Shown here: positions 51,964 to 64,000 of the stretch, piece by piece
Layout of the letters: each line of letters opens with the position of its first letter
Position numbering within the stretch: position 1 is the first letter of the stretch
Assembly (NCBI RefSeq): GCF_004010195.1
Contig: NC_057720.1
Location: 35,080,711-35,144,710, forward strand
DNA length: 64,000 bases
Origin: Chiloscyllium plagiosum
Taxonomy: Eukaryota
Reading direction: 5' to 3'
Notes under the pieces: generated by a model
What the model saw: the letters and a program-made list of their open reading frames with translations, nothing else
Told to the model about the DNA's origin: nothing
The model's database searches: none
Translations under genes and position numbers: made by a program

Positions 51964-52939
51964 ACACTGCCTCATTGTCAATTATAGCAACATCTTATTT
52001 CACTACTGCCCTGTAGATTCTGTGCTCTCATCTTGATTCATGTGTGGAATAGCTGGCAACTGCTAACTAGGGAAACAATAAAGCAATATAAAAATATGTT
52101 ACAGTTCAGCCAACGCACTAAGTTTTAAAACTTATGGTCCTAACCTTCATCCTAACAATTGTAGTAAGCTTTACCAATTTAATGAATAGTTCATCTGACT
52201 TACAAAAGACTTGTTGCAGTAGTAATTATTATCCTTTTCATCTTGGTTAAAAATTTCAATAACTCCAAGAGGGTTTTATACACAAATTTCTCCGAAATGT
52301 TTTGCATTATCTAGATCTGATGTAAATTTATGCATAAACACGGAACAGAAAATCTAATCTGAAATTAGAATCCATTCCTTCTGTTAAAGAAAGACTGAGG
52401 CATTACAGCCAAAGGATGATGTTATGCAATATTACCATGCAATGTCCTAATACTGTCATCAGAAAGCAAATACAATTTTAAATGAACAGCTTGAGCAGGA
52501 AACCACTGTGGTATTTTCAGTGAGTGAAGATAGGAGGATACTTCCAGTCATTTGGGGTTGGCAATCGACTGCCAGGATTTGAATGAAGCCCATTGCCAAT
52601 ATTATTTGGTGATATTCCTAGAAGTTTGACCACGAGTGCTGATCATCATCCAATTGCAAATGTTCTCATATTTAAATTGGTTAGAGTGCCTTCAGTTCTG
52701 TGCCTTTAATTTTATAGTTTTGCAGAAGTTTCAAGACCATTACACAATGGCCATTACACAAGACCAAGCTATTATACAAAAAGAAAATCAAAGATGAGGA
52801 GGCAGGGTGCAAGTGATGGTGATGAGAGATGAAAAGAACTTTAATTTCACCAGTAACTTACAGTAACTCACTGAAATTATCCTAATAATTAATAGTGATA
52901 CTGGTAACTGTCTGGATCATTTTACAGTGTTTAATGAAG

Positions 52940-53393
52940 GCCTTGCATTTCCTACCATTCTTCACAGCCTCAGAACATACATAAAGACTTCACAGCCAAT
53001 GAAGTATTTTTGAAGTGTATTTTTGAAATGTAATTTAGGATGCTTGGCAGCCAATTTGCAGACAGCAAAGTCTCAATAAACAGTACTTTAATCATGATTG
53101 AGCAATTTGTTTTAGTGCTGTTCATTCACTGATAAATGTTGGCAGAAACACCAAAGAGTAGTCAGCTGCTTTTCGCCAAATACAAGTAACACAGGATCTT
53201 TTATGTGCATCTGAGAGATTAGATGGGACCTCAGCCTAATGTCTCATCTGCAAGTCACCATCGCTGCACAACAGCACTCCATCAGTACTGAAGCGTCAGG
53301 CTATATTTTGTGCACGTGACTCTAGAGTGGGATTTGAGCAAAGAACCTCTTAACACTTAAAGTAAAAGATTTACAGCCGACCCAAAGCTGACA
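52940..53393 (-). mobile_element. DeuSINE (SacSINE1-like), near full length, diverged
   Basis: Minus strand shows a tRNA-like head, cagtactgatggagtgctg, gatgagacattaggctgagg, aaaagatcc, caaattggctgcc and tacttcattggctgtgaag, as in my recalled Deu-domain consensus. Confidence 0.75.
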
Positions 53394-53940
53394 GTGATAC
53401 AATTAGACACTGATTGTCTTTATGTAGCTGGGAATGGTTAATAATGTGGATATATTGCTTTAAATAGTGGTAATACAATCACCCTCGGACATTCATCATG
53501 TAACCACCATCAGACTCTTCTTCAGCTGCATAAGGTGATGTCATACTCTGAATTGTTGACACTTCTAACAGAGCCTATCTCTTTCACTGGATCCTTGGGA
53601 CTTCGGTTTGGGTTTGGGATTAGTGCAACAGTGACAACACTGTAACAGCTGATCTGACCTTGAATTTGTACATCAAAACCAGCTAATACACAATAGCCTG
53701 AATTAGTCAAGAGATTTCTCAAAGGATGATGACCTTCAGCATTTAGGATACTTCTCACAGGGTACATTATCTTCACTCAGCTCATGGTCAATTTTTCACA
53801 ATGGCGCAGTTTCAATTAACATTACTGGTGCTGGCAACCTGTCAAAATCCCTATTTCCTTTCACATTGTTCCTTTATAAAGGCTTATCCCATTTCATGTT
53901 AAATAAGGTTTTACTCTCTGCTTCAGTTGTTTCGTGTTGT

Positions 53941-54122
53941 CATAGAGATGTACAGCATGGAAACAGAACTTTCAGTCCAACTCGTCCATGCCCAACCCAA
54001 TCTAGTCCCACCTGCCAGCACCTGGCCCATATTCCTCCAAACCTTTCCTATTCATATACCCATCTAGATGCCTTTTAAATGTTGCAATTGTACCAGCCTC
54101 CACCACTTCCTCCGGCAGCTCA
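53941..54122 (-). mobile_element. CR1 (HER1-type) 3'-end fragment
   Basis: Matches the family 3' UTR. Confidence 0.9.
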
Positions 54123-54294
54123 TGTGCAATACTATATTGCAAAAAGACCTCACTGCAAAAATCTTCCTTCTCTGGCTTTTACAAGTAAGAATCCTCATTC
54201 TTTGTGCTCCAGTTGTCCACCTGTAACAACAACTTTACATTTTAACTCACCATATTACTAATTATACCTCTCAACACATCTCCAAAACCAGTTT

Positions 54295-54447
54295 CATGGT
54301 CATCATTAGAATTGTAATTCCAGGTTTTCAATTAGGTCCAATTTCTGCAATCTATCATAGCAGGATTTGAACCCAGAACCTCACATAATGACCAGGGTCT
54401 CTAGATTAACAGACTAGTGACAGTACCAATAGACCACTACCTCCCCT
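54295..54447 (-). mobile_element. tRNA-headed SINE (second family), 5' part
   Basis: Reverse complement of the family head with B-box ggttcaaatcc. Confidence 0.7.
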
Positions 54448-55494
54448 TAATTAATGGTTATGGACTTCTTGATGTGTAACTATGAATTCCAATGCTTTTT
54501 GTTATAAAGGGTAGTACACTTGAACCAATTGATTACTCCTATAAAATGTTATATAGTTGAAGAAGTGTATATTTCTTTTATGAATGAGAATATTTCTTTC
54601 AATATAGTGAAGTCTTCAGTAGATGTGTAGAGCTTTGTTTTACAGTATTTATTTTTATCTAATTTCTGCATGGATCCTGAAGTCTGTCTATGATCAATAT
54701 TTGGAGAGTTAGCATGTTCGGTTTAAGAACAAAGAGTAGAAGGAGGCATGGGTTGTCATGAGTTGGTATTAAGTTAGCATGGGGGTTTAAAGTGCCATCG
54801 TGGTGGACACAGAGACAAAGGTTGGTATGAGATGTACGATGGCTATGCGGATAGTGTGCAGGCCTTGAGGTGGCTTGATTGGCTTGAAGGCTTGCAATTC
54901 ATCTACACTACACATGGTATTCTCAACTGCTAGTCCAGGGTCACCAATCCCAAAATCTGTTGTAGCGTATAATCATTAATTTTATTGAATATTTAGCAAT
55001 ACTGGTCCATGTGAACTGGTGGCCCATGACATGGAAGCAACAGAAAGAAATTTAAAACAAAACAAGCCATGTTTACAGACACAGAGAAAACAGAAAAGAA
55101 GCTGTTACAATAATGAAGAAAGGACAGCCAAGGAAAAAAGGTGAATTATTGTGAGGGGAGGTAACAAGTTTCTCTTATAAAAATGTACTCGGTTCTGTTT
55201 GACAGAAACGGAGACTTGAGTTTCTGAAGGCAATGTTGGCTAAAAAAACATGTGTGAGTGGCTCAGAGACAATAAATAGCCAGGTATTTTCCTAGAAGAA
55301 ACCAACTGTGAACCAGAGTGTTATTGGCTGACCAGTTTAAGAGGTATACTGGTAAACCCCACTCTCAGGACTTTTTGACCCAATGGTCAAGGGTTCATAG
55401 AAATGGGGTTGATGACGATAGTCATAACCACGAAACTTAGAGGTGAAAAATGCTGTTGGATAGGACTCCCAGCATACCTTGCTTGAATTAAAAA

Positions 55495-56100
55495 TTTGGA
55501 GGTGTTGGAGTTGGACTGGGGTGGACTAAGTTAAAAATCACACAACACTAGGTTGTAGTCCAACAGGTTTATTTGGAAGCACCAGCTTTCAGAGTGCTGT
55601 TCCTTCATCAGGTGGTTGTGGAGTATCGGATCATGAGACACAGAATTTTTAACAAAAGGGTTACAGTGTCATGGAGCTGTAATGATTTAGATTAAGTTTT
55701 TCATCTTGTAGAATGGATATGATATTTTCTTTAATACATAAACCCCAGAAATCCTTTCAAGTTACATTCCTAAGATAGTTGTAGCTTTTCTAACAATAGG
55801 TATTAACTCAGCTTAGACAAGACCTTAAAGTTGTGAAGTTAAAGTCTTCGGTGTCCCAATGTTGAGTCACACTGGTTCCATTTCTAAAGTGGGACTTACA
55901 GAATCTTACATGGATTTATGCAGTTTTTGAACAAAATGAAATGTAATTCTGCAAATGCAAATTCACCCCATAAAATTGTATGTGTACACGTACAGGAGAG
56001 ACAGAGTGCATGTGAGTGTGAATGTGGATGCATGAGGGATGTATATGTGCGCAAAAGAGATATTGTGTGTACCTCAATAGTGCCATAGATCTATGGGAGG
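55495..56100 (-). mobile_element. Penelope 3' fragment (second family) with hammerhead-like core
   Basis: Minus strand reads CTGATGA-aggaacagcactct-GAAAGCT near 55585-55612. The terminus matches 31430-31515. The right boundary is approximate. Confidence 0.65.
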
Positions 56101-56699
56101 GTGTTTGTGACTGTGTCAGATAAGTTTTTGTTATATGAGCTATTTAAAGTCAAATTTAACTTTTCTTTGAAATATAATTTGTTTATTGAGTCATATTTAA
56201 TTTACATTGGTTACAAAAAGTGAAATCTTGTTGTTAATTTCCACTTTTGGGGGTCATTTAGTAAATTTGGTCATTGTGGTATGTAATTTCTCCAAGGGAC
56301 CATAACAAGTCTGTTTTATCCAACCATCCAGGTCATTCATCTTGGCAACTTTCAGTAGGATGTATGGGATGTGATTTGGATGTTGTGTTCACCTCAGTAA
56401 CAATTACTACTTTGAAAAAGTAATTAATTAGTTGGTCTTTCAATTAAGCGAGACAGAGGCTTGTAACGTTTGGCTCTTCAATACCTCATTTGTTGCTCGC
56501 AAACTTTCCTAATTGGATCACATCAAACTGAAAAGGTCTAAAAGACACTAAGTCAAGAAAATTATTGAAAGAATGAAAAGCTAATCATTATAGAGCATTT
56601 TATGTTTTCAGTTTTTTTTGATATTTTATTAACCGTTATAAGCATTATTCTGTTTGATTCAGGTGTGGTCACACTATGATGACAGATAAGGCATTTGTT

Positions 56700-56805
56700 T
56701 CAAGATTCTGAAGAAGAGTCATGCTACTTGAAATGCTAGTTCTTTATCTCTACAGAGATGCTATCAGACCTGTTGAATGTCTCCAACAATTCTGGTTTTC
56801 TGTTT
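56700..56805 (+). mobile_element. Old Penelope terminal fragment
   Basis: ctgaagaagagtcatgctacttgaaatg...gatgctatcagacctgttga. Confidence 0.6.
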
Positions 56806-57009
56806 GGTCAAGGAACATGTTTTTTGATTGTGGCTACAGTATTTTTGTTTTTAATACAATTAAGATGATAAATTATTCTCCTACTAGAAGTTGGTCTTCA
56901 ATCTCAAGAATCTATAGCCAAATAAAATCACCTTAATTCTGTGCATCTAAAATTAAAATTTGTTTTAAAGGTGACTTCACTAAATTTGTTTTGTAAATAT
57001 CATAAAAAT

Positions 57010-58200
57010 GTATGAACATATGAAGTAGATGCAGAAGTAGACCATTTGGCCCTTGAACCCTGCTTGACCACTCAATAAGATCGTGGCTGATTTGTTTTAA
57101 GTTCTGAATCCCAGAATTACCATATATTCCTGTGAACCCCGAGTCGCCTGACCAACAAGAATATATCTATCTCTATCTTAAAATAGTCAATGATTCCACT
57201 ACCACCACCACCAGCACTGCCACTTCTGTGGCAAGGAGTTCCAAGGTCACACAGCTCTTGAGAGAAAACATTTCTCCTAAGAGGGTGGCACCTAATTTTA
57301 GAAGTGTTCCCTAGTTCTGGACTTGTCCACAAGAGTAAAAATCCCTTCCACATCCACCCTGCTTAGGGCATTCAGGATCTCAGAACTTCAATAATATCAC
57401 CCCTCACCCTTCTGGACTCCAAGCCTAGCTAGTTCAACTTTTCCTCATAAGGCAATCTGTTCATTCTAGTTATCAATTTGGACACCTTTCAATGAATCAA
57501 TCAATCCTCTGAGCTGCTTACATCCTTCCATAAATAAGGAGATGAAAACTTCACACAGTATTTTAAATGCGGTTTCACCAATGATTAGATTAAATTCCCT
57601 ACAATGTGGAAACAGGCCCTTCGGCCCAACAAGTCCACACCGACCCTCCAAAAAGTAACCCACCCACATCCATTTCCCTCTGACTAATGCACCTATCACT
57701 ATGGGCAATTTAGCATGGCCAATTCACCTGACCTGCACATCTTTGGACTGTGGGAGGAAACCGGAGCACCTGGAAGAAACCCATGCAGACACGGGGAGAA
57801 AGTGCAAACTCCACACAGACAGTCGCCAAAGGCTGGAATCGAACATGGGTCCCTGTTGCTGTGAGGCAGCAGTGCTAACCATTGAGCCACCATGCCACCC
57901 CAATGCTCTGTATAAATTGAAGCTTGACATCTTCTGTCCAATTCTTCTCATAAAGAAGGCTAGCCCCATTAGCTTTCCTGCTTACATGCTGTATCTGTGT
58001 ATTAATGTCTTCTGATGCATGACAACAGCTGCATACCCTCTGCAATCTTGGAATTCCACAATTGTTCTCCATTTAAGTATTACCTCGCTGTTTCTTTCTT
58101 CCTGTCGAGGTTAATAACTTCAAATTTTCTCATGATATACTCCATCCGCTATTCGCTTAACCTATCTACATGGACCTGCATTCTTGTTATGTCATCTTTA
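57010..58200 (-). mobile_element. Old CR1 3' portion, interrupted by a SINE
   Basis: RRNVFSQ, RKANG and gacc...ggccctt 3' UTR motifs on the minus strand; diverged. Confidence 0.7.
57583..57900 (-). mobile_element. HE1-type V-SINE
   Basis: Full head, V-domain and tail; short TSD ccaatg. Confidence 0.92.
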
Positions 58201-58220
58201 TAACTTGATTCTAACCCAGC

Positions 58221-58489
58221 TTAGATTACTTACAGTGTGGAAACAGGCCCTTCAAGTCCACACCGACCCGCCGAAGTGCAACCCACCCAGACCCATTCAC
58301 CCAACACTACGGGCAATTTAGCATGGCTAATTCACCTGACCTGCACATTTTTAGACTGTGGGAGGAAACCCACGCAGACACGGGGAGAATGTGCAAACTC
58401 CACACAGTCAGTCGCCTGAGGCGGGAATTGAACCCAGGTCTCTGGCGCTGTGAAGTAGCAGTGCTAACCACTGTGCCACTATGCTGCCC
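58221..58489 (-). mobile_element. HE1-type V-SINE abutting a CR1 5' truncation point
   Basis: V-domain present; the head ends at 58489, directly joined to CR1 sequence. Confidence 0.88.
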
Positions 58490-59995
58490 AGTATTCACTG
58501 CGGAAAAGGATATGGAAGATATAGACTGTAGGGAAATAGATGGTGACATCTTGCAAAATGTCCAGATGACAGAGGAGGAAGTGCTGGATGCCTTGAAATG
58601 GTTAAAAGTGGATAAATCCTCAGGACCTGAAAAGGTGTACCCGAGAACTCTGTGGGAAGCTTGAGAAGTGATTGCTGGGCCTCTTGCTGAGATATTTGTA
58701 TCATCGATAGTCACAGGTGAGGTGCCGGAAGACTGGAGGTTGGCAAACGTGGTGCCACTGTTTAAGAAGGNNNNNNNNNNNNNNNNNNNNNNNNNNNNNN
58801 NNNNNNNNNNNNNNNNNNNNNNNNNNNNNNNNNNNNNNNNNNNNNNNNNNNNNNNNNNNNNNNNNNNNNNNNNNNNNNNNNNNNNNNNNNNNNNNNNNNN
58901 NNNNNNNNNNNNNNNNNNNNNNNNNNNNNNNNNNNNNNNNNNNNNNNNNNNNNNNNNNNNNNNNNNNNNNNNNNNNNNNNNNNNNNNNNNNNNNNNNNNN
59001 NNNNNNNNNNNNNNNNNNNNNNNNNNNNNNNNNNNNNNNNNNNNNNNNNNNNNNNNNNNNNNNNNNNNNNNNNNNNNNNNNNNNNNNNNNNNNNNNNNNN
59101 NNNNNNNNNNNNNNNNNNNNNNNNNNNNNNNNNNNNNNNNNNNNNNNNNNNNNNNNNNNNNNNNNNNNNNNNNNNNNNNNNNNNNNNNNNNNNNNNNNAT
59201 GCGAGGTGGTGCATTTTGGGAAAGCAAATCTTATCAGGACTTATACACTTAATGGTAAGGTCCTATGGAGTGTTGCTGAACAAAGAGTGCAGGTTCATAG
59301 TTCCTTGAAAGTGGAGTCGCAGGTAGATAGGATAGTGAAGAAGGAGTTTGGTATGCTTTCCTTCATTGGTCAGAGTATTGAGTACAGGAGTTGGGAAGTC
59401 ATGTCACGGCTGTACAGGACATTGGTTAGGCCACTGTTGGAATATTGCGTGCAATTCTGTTCTCCTTCCTATCGGAAAGATGTTGTGAAACTTGAAAGGG
59501 TTCAGAAAAGATTTACCAGGATGTTGCCAGGATTGGAGGATCTGAGCTACAGGGAGAGGCTGAACAGGCTGGGGCTGTTTTCCCTGGAGCGTCGGATGCT
59601 GAGGGGTGAACTTATAGAGGTTTACAAAATTATGAGGGAGATTGATAGGATAAATAGACAAAGTCTTTTCGCTGGGGTCGGGGAATCCAGAACTAGAGGG
59701 CATAGGTTTAGGGTGAGAGGGGAGAGATATAAAAGAGACCTAAGGGACAACATTTTCATGCAGAGGGTGATACGTGTATGGAATGAGCTGCCAGAGGAAG
59801 TGGTGGAGGCTGGTACAATTGCAGCATTTAAGAGGCATTTGGATGGGTATATGAATAGGAAGGTTTTGGAGGAATATGGGCCGGGTGCTGGCAGGTAGGA
59901 CTGGATTGGGTTGGGATATCTGGTCGGCATGGACGGGTTGGACTGAAGGGTCTGTTTCCATGCTGTACATCTCTATGACGCTATGACTCTATGAT
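58490..59995 (+). mobile_element. CR1 (HER1-type), 5'-truncated, spans a gap
   Basis: Long open ORF2 C-terminus (59200-59898) and ctatgacgctatgactctatga tail. Confidence 0.93.
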
Positions 59996-60002
59996 CTAAT
60001 TA

Positions 60003-60500
60003 CAGAGGAACCTCGATTATACAAAGGACACGGGCGGGGAGTAGTTCATTTGGTTAATCAAATTCGAGATAATTGAATGCTGGATAACATAGTTTTGCCA
60101 AGCATCAGGACCTTGCGATCTTGCCGGATAATTAGTGGGCGGCACGGTGGCACAGTGGTTAGCACTGCTGCCTCACAGCGCCTGAGACCCGGGTTCAATT
60201 CCCGCCTCAGGCGACTGACTGTGTGGAGTTTGCATGTTCTCCCCGTGTCTGCGTGGGTTTCCTCCGGGTGCTCCGGTTTCCTCCCACAGTCACAAAGATG
60301 TGCAGGGCCAGGTGAATTGGCCATACTAAATTGCCCGTAGTGTTAGGTAAGGGGTCAATGTAGGGGTATGGGTGGGTTTCGCTTCGGCGGGTCGGTGTGG
60401 ACTTGTTGGGCCGAAGGGCCTGTTTCTACACTGTAATGTAATCTAATCTAATCTAATCTGATATTCAGATAATCAAATGCCGGATAATTGAGGTTCTCTG
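60003..60500. mobile_element. Tc1/mariner-superfamily (pogo/Tigger-like) MITE containing a HE1 SINE
   Basis: TIRs cagaggaacctcgattat / ataattgaggttctctg, flanked by TA at 60001-60002 and 60501-60502. Internal ggataat subterminal repeats. Confidence 0.85.
60137..60459 (+). mobile_element. Young HE1-type V-SINE
   Basis: Intact A/B boxes, many retained CpGs and (CTAAT)n tail. Confidence 0.95.
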
Positions 60501-61109
60501 TATTACATAATCCTGCCCACCCTCGATAACTTTCCATTCTTTGCTTATCAAGAATCTATCAACTCTGACTTTAAAAGCAGCCGATATCTTGGTCCGTTCA
60601 ATAAAGAGATACAGAGAGCCTCGCATATAGGCCACATTGCTATAACCTGATACACAACAAAACATAAAACTCCTTTATATCGTGATCTCAGATGGACAAA
60701 GTATTGGGTGACAATTGCTTTCAGAGTTTCTGATGGTGGTAAAATCAGGAAATGAATCACTGTCAATATGGTATTCCATGATTCCAAAAAGGTACATGCA
60801 CTGTACTATTTATATTATAGCAGAACATTTGCAAATTAAATGGTATGCGTTTGCCTAGAATAAAAGCAAATTTGCATACAAATTCCACTTTCTTGTTTAA
60901 TGTATACATTGCACATTTATAACAGCATGGGATGCAAATCCTGTTGTAAGCTTTCTCTTTCATTTTCATCAATGTACATGAAAGAAGCAAAGTTGGCAAG
61001 CTTCATAATAGTTGCTTTTGAGTTTTGTCTTAAATGTAACTCAGCTAAAATCGAGTTAACAGAGTCGTTATCAGACAGCTGTGATGTATTAATAAAAATT
61101 GAAACATTC

Positions 61110-63215
61110 ATAGAGTCAGAGGGATGTACAGCATGGAAACAGACCCTTCGGTCCAACCCGTCCATGCTGACCAGATATCCCAACCCAATCTAGTCCCACA
61201 TGCCAGCACTCGGCCCATATCCCTCCAAACCCTTCCTATTCATATAGCCATCCAAATTCATCTTAAATGTGGCAATTGTACCAGCCTCCACCACTTCCTC
61301 AGGCAGCTCATTCCATACACATGCCATCCTCTGTGTGAAAATGTTATCCTGTAGGTGTCTTTTATATCATTCCCCTCTCACCCTAAACCTCTAGTTCTGG
61401 ACTCCCCGACCCCAGCGAAAAGACTTTGTCTATTTTTCCTATCCATGCCCCTCATAATTTTGTAAACCTCTATAAGGTCACCCCTCAGCCTCCGACGCTC
61501 CAGGGAAAACAGCCCCAGCCTGTTCAGCCTCTCCCTGTAGCTCAAATCCTCCAACCCTGGCAACATCCTGGTAAATCTTTTCTGAACCTTTCAAGCTTCA
61601 CAACAGGAGACCAGAATTGTACGCAATATTCCAACAGTGGCCTAACCAATGTCCTCTGCAACCACAACATGACCTCCCAACTCCTGTACTCAATACTCTG
61701 ACTAATAAAGGAAAGCATATCAAACACCTTCTTCACTATCCTATCTATCTGCGACTCCACTTTCAAGGAGCTGTGAAACTGCACTCCAAGGTCTCTTTGT
61801 TCAGCAACACTCCCGAGGACCTTACCGTTACTTGTATAAGTCCTGCTAAGATTTGCTTTCCCAAAATGCAGCACCTCGCATTTANNNNNNNNNNNNNNNN
61901 NNNNNNNNNNNNNNNNNNNNNNNNNNNNNNNNNNNNNNNNNNNNNNNNNNNNNNNNNNNNNNNNNNNNNNNNNNNNNNNNNNNNNNNNNNNNNNNNNNNN
62001 NNNNNNNNNNNNNNNNNNNNNNNNNNNNNNNNNNNNNNNNNNNNNNNNNNNNNNNNNNNNNNNNNNNNNNNNNNNNNNNNNCCTCTTCGCTGTCCACTAC
62101 ACCTCCAATTTTGGTGTCTTCTGCAAACATACTAACTATACCTCTTATGCTCATATCCAAGTCATTTATATAAATGACAAAAAGTAGAGGACCCAGCACC
62201 GATCCTTGTGGCACTCCACTGGTCACAGGCCTCCAGTCTGAAAAACAACCCTCCACCACCACCCTCTGTCTTCTAACTTTGAGCCAGTTCTGTATCCAAA
62301 TGGCTAGTTCTCCCTGTATTCCATGAGCTCGAACCTTGCTAATCAGCCTCCCATGGGGAACCTTGTTGAATGCCTTACTGAAGTCCATATAGATCACATC
62401 TACCACTCTGCCCTCATGAATCCTCTTTGTTACTTCTTCAAAAAGCTCAATCAAGTTTGTAAGACATGATTTCCCACACACAAAGCCATGTTGACCATCC
62501 CTATTCGGTCTTTGCCTTTCCAAATACATGTATATCCTGTCCCTCAGGATTCCCTCCAACTTGCCCACCACTGACGTCAGGCTCACTGGTCTATAGTTCC
62601 CTGGCATTTCTTTACCACCCTTTTTAAACAGTGGCACCATGTTAGCCAACCTCCAGGCCTCCGGCACCTCACCTGTGACTATCAATGATACAAATATCTC
62701 AGCAAGAGGCCCAGCAATCACTTCTCTAGCTTCCCACAGTGTTCTAGGGTACACCTGATCAGGTCCTGCGGATTTATCCACCTTTGCCTATTTCAATAGA
62801 TCCAGCACATCCTCCTCTGTAATACAGACATTTTGCAAGATGTCACCATCTATTTCCCTACAGTCTATATCTTCCATATCCTTTTCCACAGTAAATACTT
62901 ATGCAAAATACGTGTTTAGTATTTCCCCCATTTTCTGTGGCTCCTTGCTGATCTTTGAGGGGCCCTATTCTCTCCATAGTTACCCTTTTGGCCTTAATGT
63001 ATTTGTAATAACCCTTTGGATTCTCCTTAATTCTATTTGCCAAAGTTATCTCATGTCTCCTTTTTGCCCTTCTGATTTACCTCTTAAGTATACTCTTACT
63101 TCCTTTATACTCTTCTCAGGATTCATTCGATCTATCCTGTCTATACCTTACATACGCTTCCTTCTTCTTCTTAACCAAACCCTCAATTTCTTTAGTCATC
63201 CAGTATTCCCTTCCT
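61110..63215 (-). mobile_element. CR1 (HER1-type), 5'-truncated, spans a gap
   Basis: RT frame 61882-62781 ([32 protein letters not shown] mutated to FAED) and 3' tail. Confidence 0.93.
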
Positions 63216-63500
63216 TCATGAGACATGGTCATTACTGGCAAGTCAGTATCTAATGCCCATCCCTAACTGCCATCTGATTTGTAATAGTAAACCACCTTGT
63301 TATCAAACTACTGCAGTCTATGTTGTGAAGTTACTCCCACAATACTGTTAGGTATAAAATTCCAAGATTTTTGAACGAATGACATTGAAGGAAAGGAAAT
63401 ATACTTTTCGAAATTGGTATAGTAACAGGTTTGAAGGGGAGCTTAGTAGCATTTCAAAATGTCTATACTGCTGCCCTTTCAGATGGTGGAGACCATAGTT
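63215..63500 (-). mobile_element. Old LINE 3' end sharing its tail with the second SINE family
   Basis: Minus strand reads aacagtattgtgggagtaac...gactgcagtagtt..., then ttagggatgggcattagatactg, matching the SINE tail. Confidence 0.55.
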
Positions 63501-64000
63501 TGGAACTCTGGAATTTGCTTTGGAGAATGGTGTAGATGGGACTCAATGTAGATACAGAATACTGGAAGTTTCCAAGGTGGAGTGGTCAAGCAACCAGGGG
63601 TCCAAAGTTATACATTCTAAATTGACCCACGGCTGGAGAAATTGGGCTTTAAGAAAAATTGGTCAAAGTAAATTAAAGCCAGCAGTATCAGTGACAGAGA
63701 AACCAAGGTCAAAGAGATCACAAAGGTTCAAGGGGAACAGTTATAACCAGTCTGAGGGTTGTGTTGATAAGACATACTGTGAGTGAGACAGAGACAGATG
63801 CAGAGGCAGAGAGTCCTGCAGGACCCATCTTTGTGAAAGAGAGCCAGCTCTATGTTGAAGAGGAAGGAGATTCCAATGGCCCAGCTCAAACACATGCATC
63901 GCTGTAGTAATAACCTCAGCTGGATAAAATCGATATGGGAAGTAAATATTGTCGGATTTTGGAAAATGTTCACATGGTGTTTTTAATAAGGAATATTTTG

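Noticed and set aside
54960..55480. LTR-like sequence (also 19640-20040 and 42680-42900)
   Set aside because: No defined termini, TSD or second copy in the window.
60137..60210. tRNA gene
   Set aside because: The A/B boxes belong to a HE1 SINE head that continues into the V-domain and tail. The same applies to the other SINE heads.

Overview
Eukaryotic, repeat-rich, non-genic-looking DNA. The repeat families indicate an elasmobranch (shark): HER1-type CR1 LINEs, HE1 V-SINEs and a SacSINE1-like DeuSINE (family names from my recall of consensus sequences, not a database search). The N gaps indicate a scaffold-level assembly. I see no intact host protein-coding gene, no RNA gene and no CRISPR array. 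The recognisable ORFs in the track are CR1, Rex1/Babar or Penelope fragments; most of the rest look like chance ORFs. The window holds about 15 CR1 copies (one near full length with a nested copy), 9 HE1 SINEs, a second tRNA-SINE family, a Rex1/Babar fragment, a pogo/Tigger-like MITE and about 15 Penelope-like (PLE) pieces. Many PLE pieces are short hairpin-shaped insertions with 12-16 bp TSDs and hammerhead-ribozyme cores. The most unusual signal is on the minus strand at about 12.3-17.76 kb: a decayed, intronless reading frame made of a hydrophobic N-terminal segment, a run of motifs colinear with the pre-AAA region of RNF213 (by my recall), and a long coiled coil. It is broken by a 49-bp minisatellite that arose inside the coding sequence and by a PLE insertion. 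Directly downstream lies the start of a second, diverged tandem paralogue whose differences include many synonymous changes.
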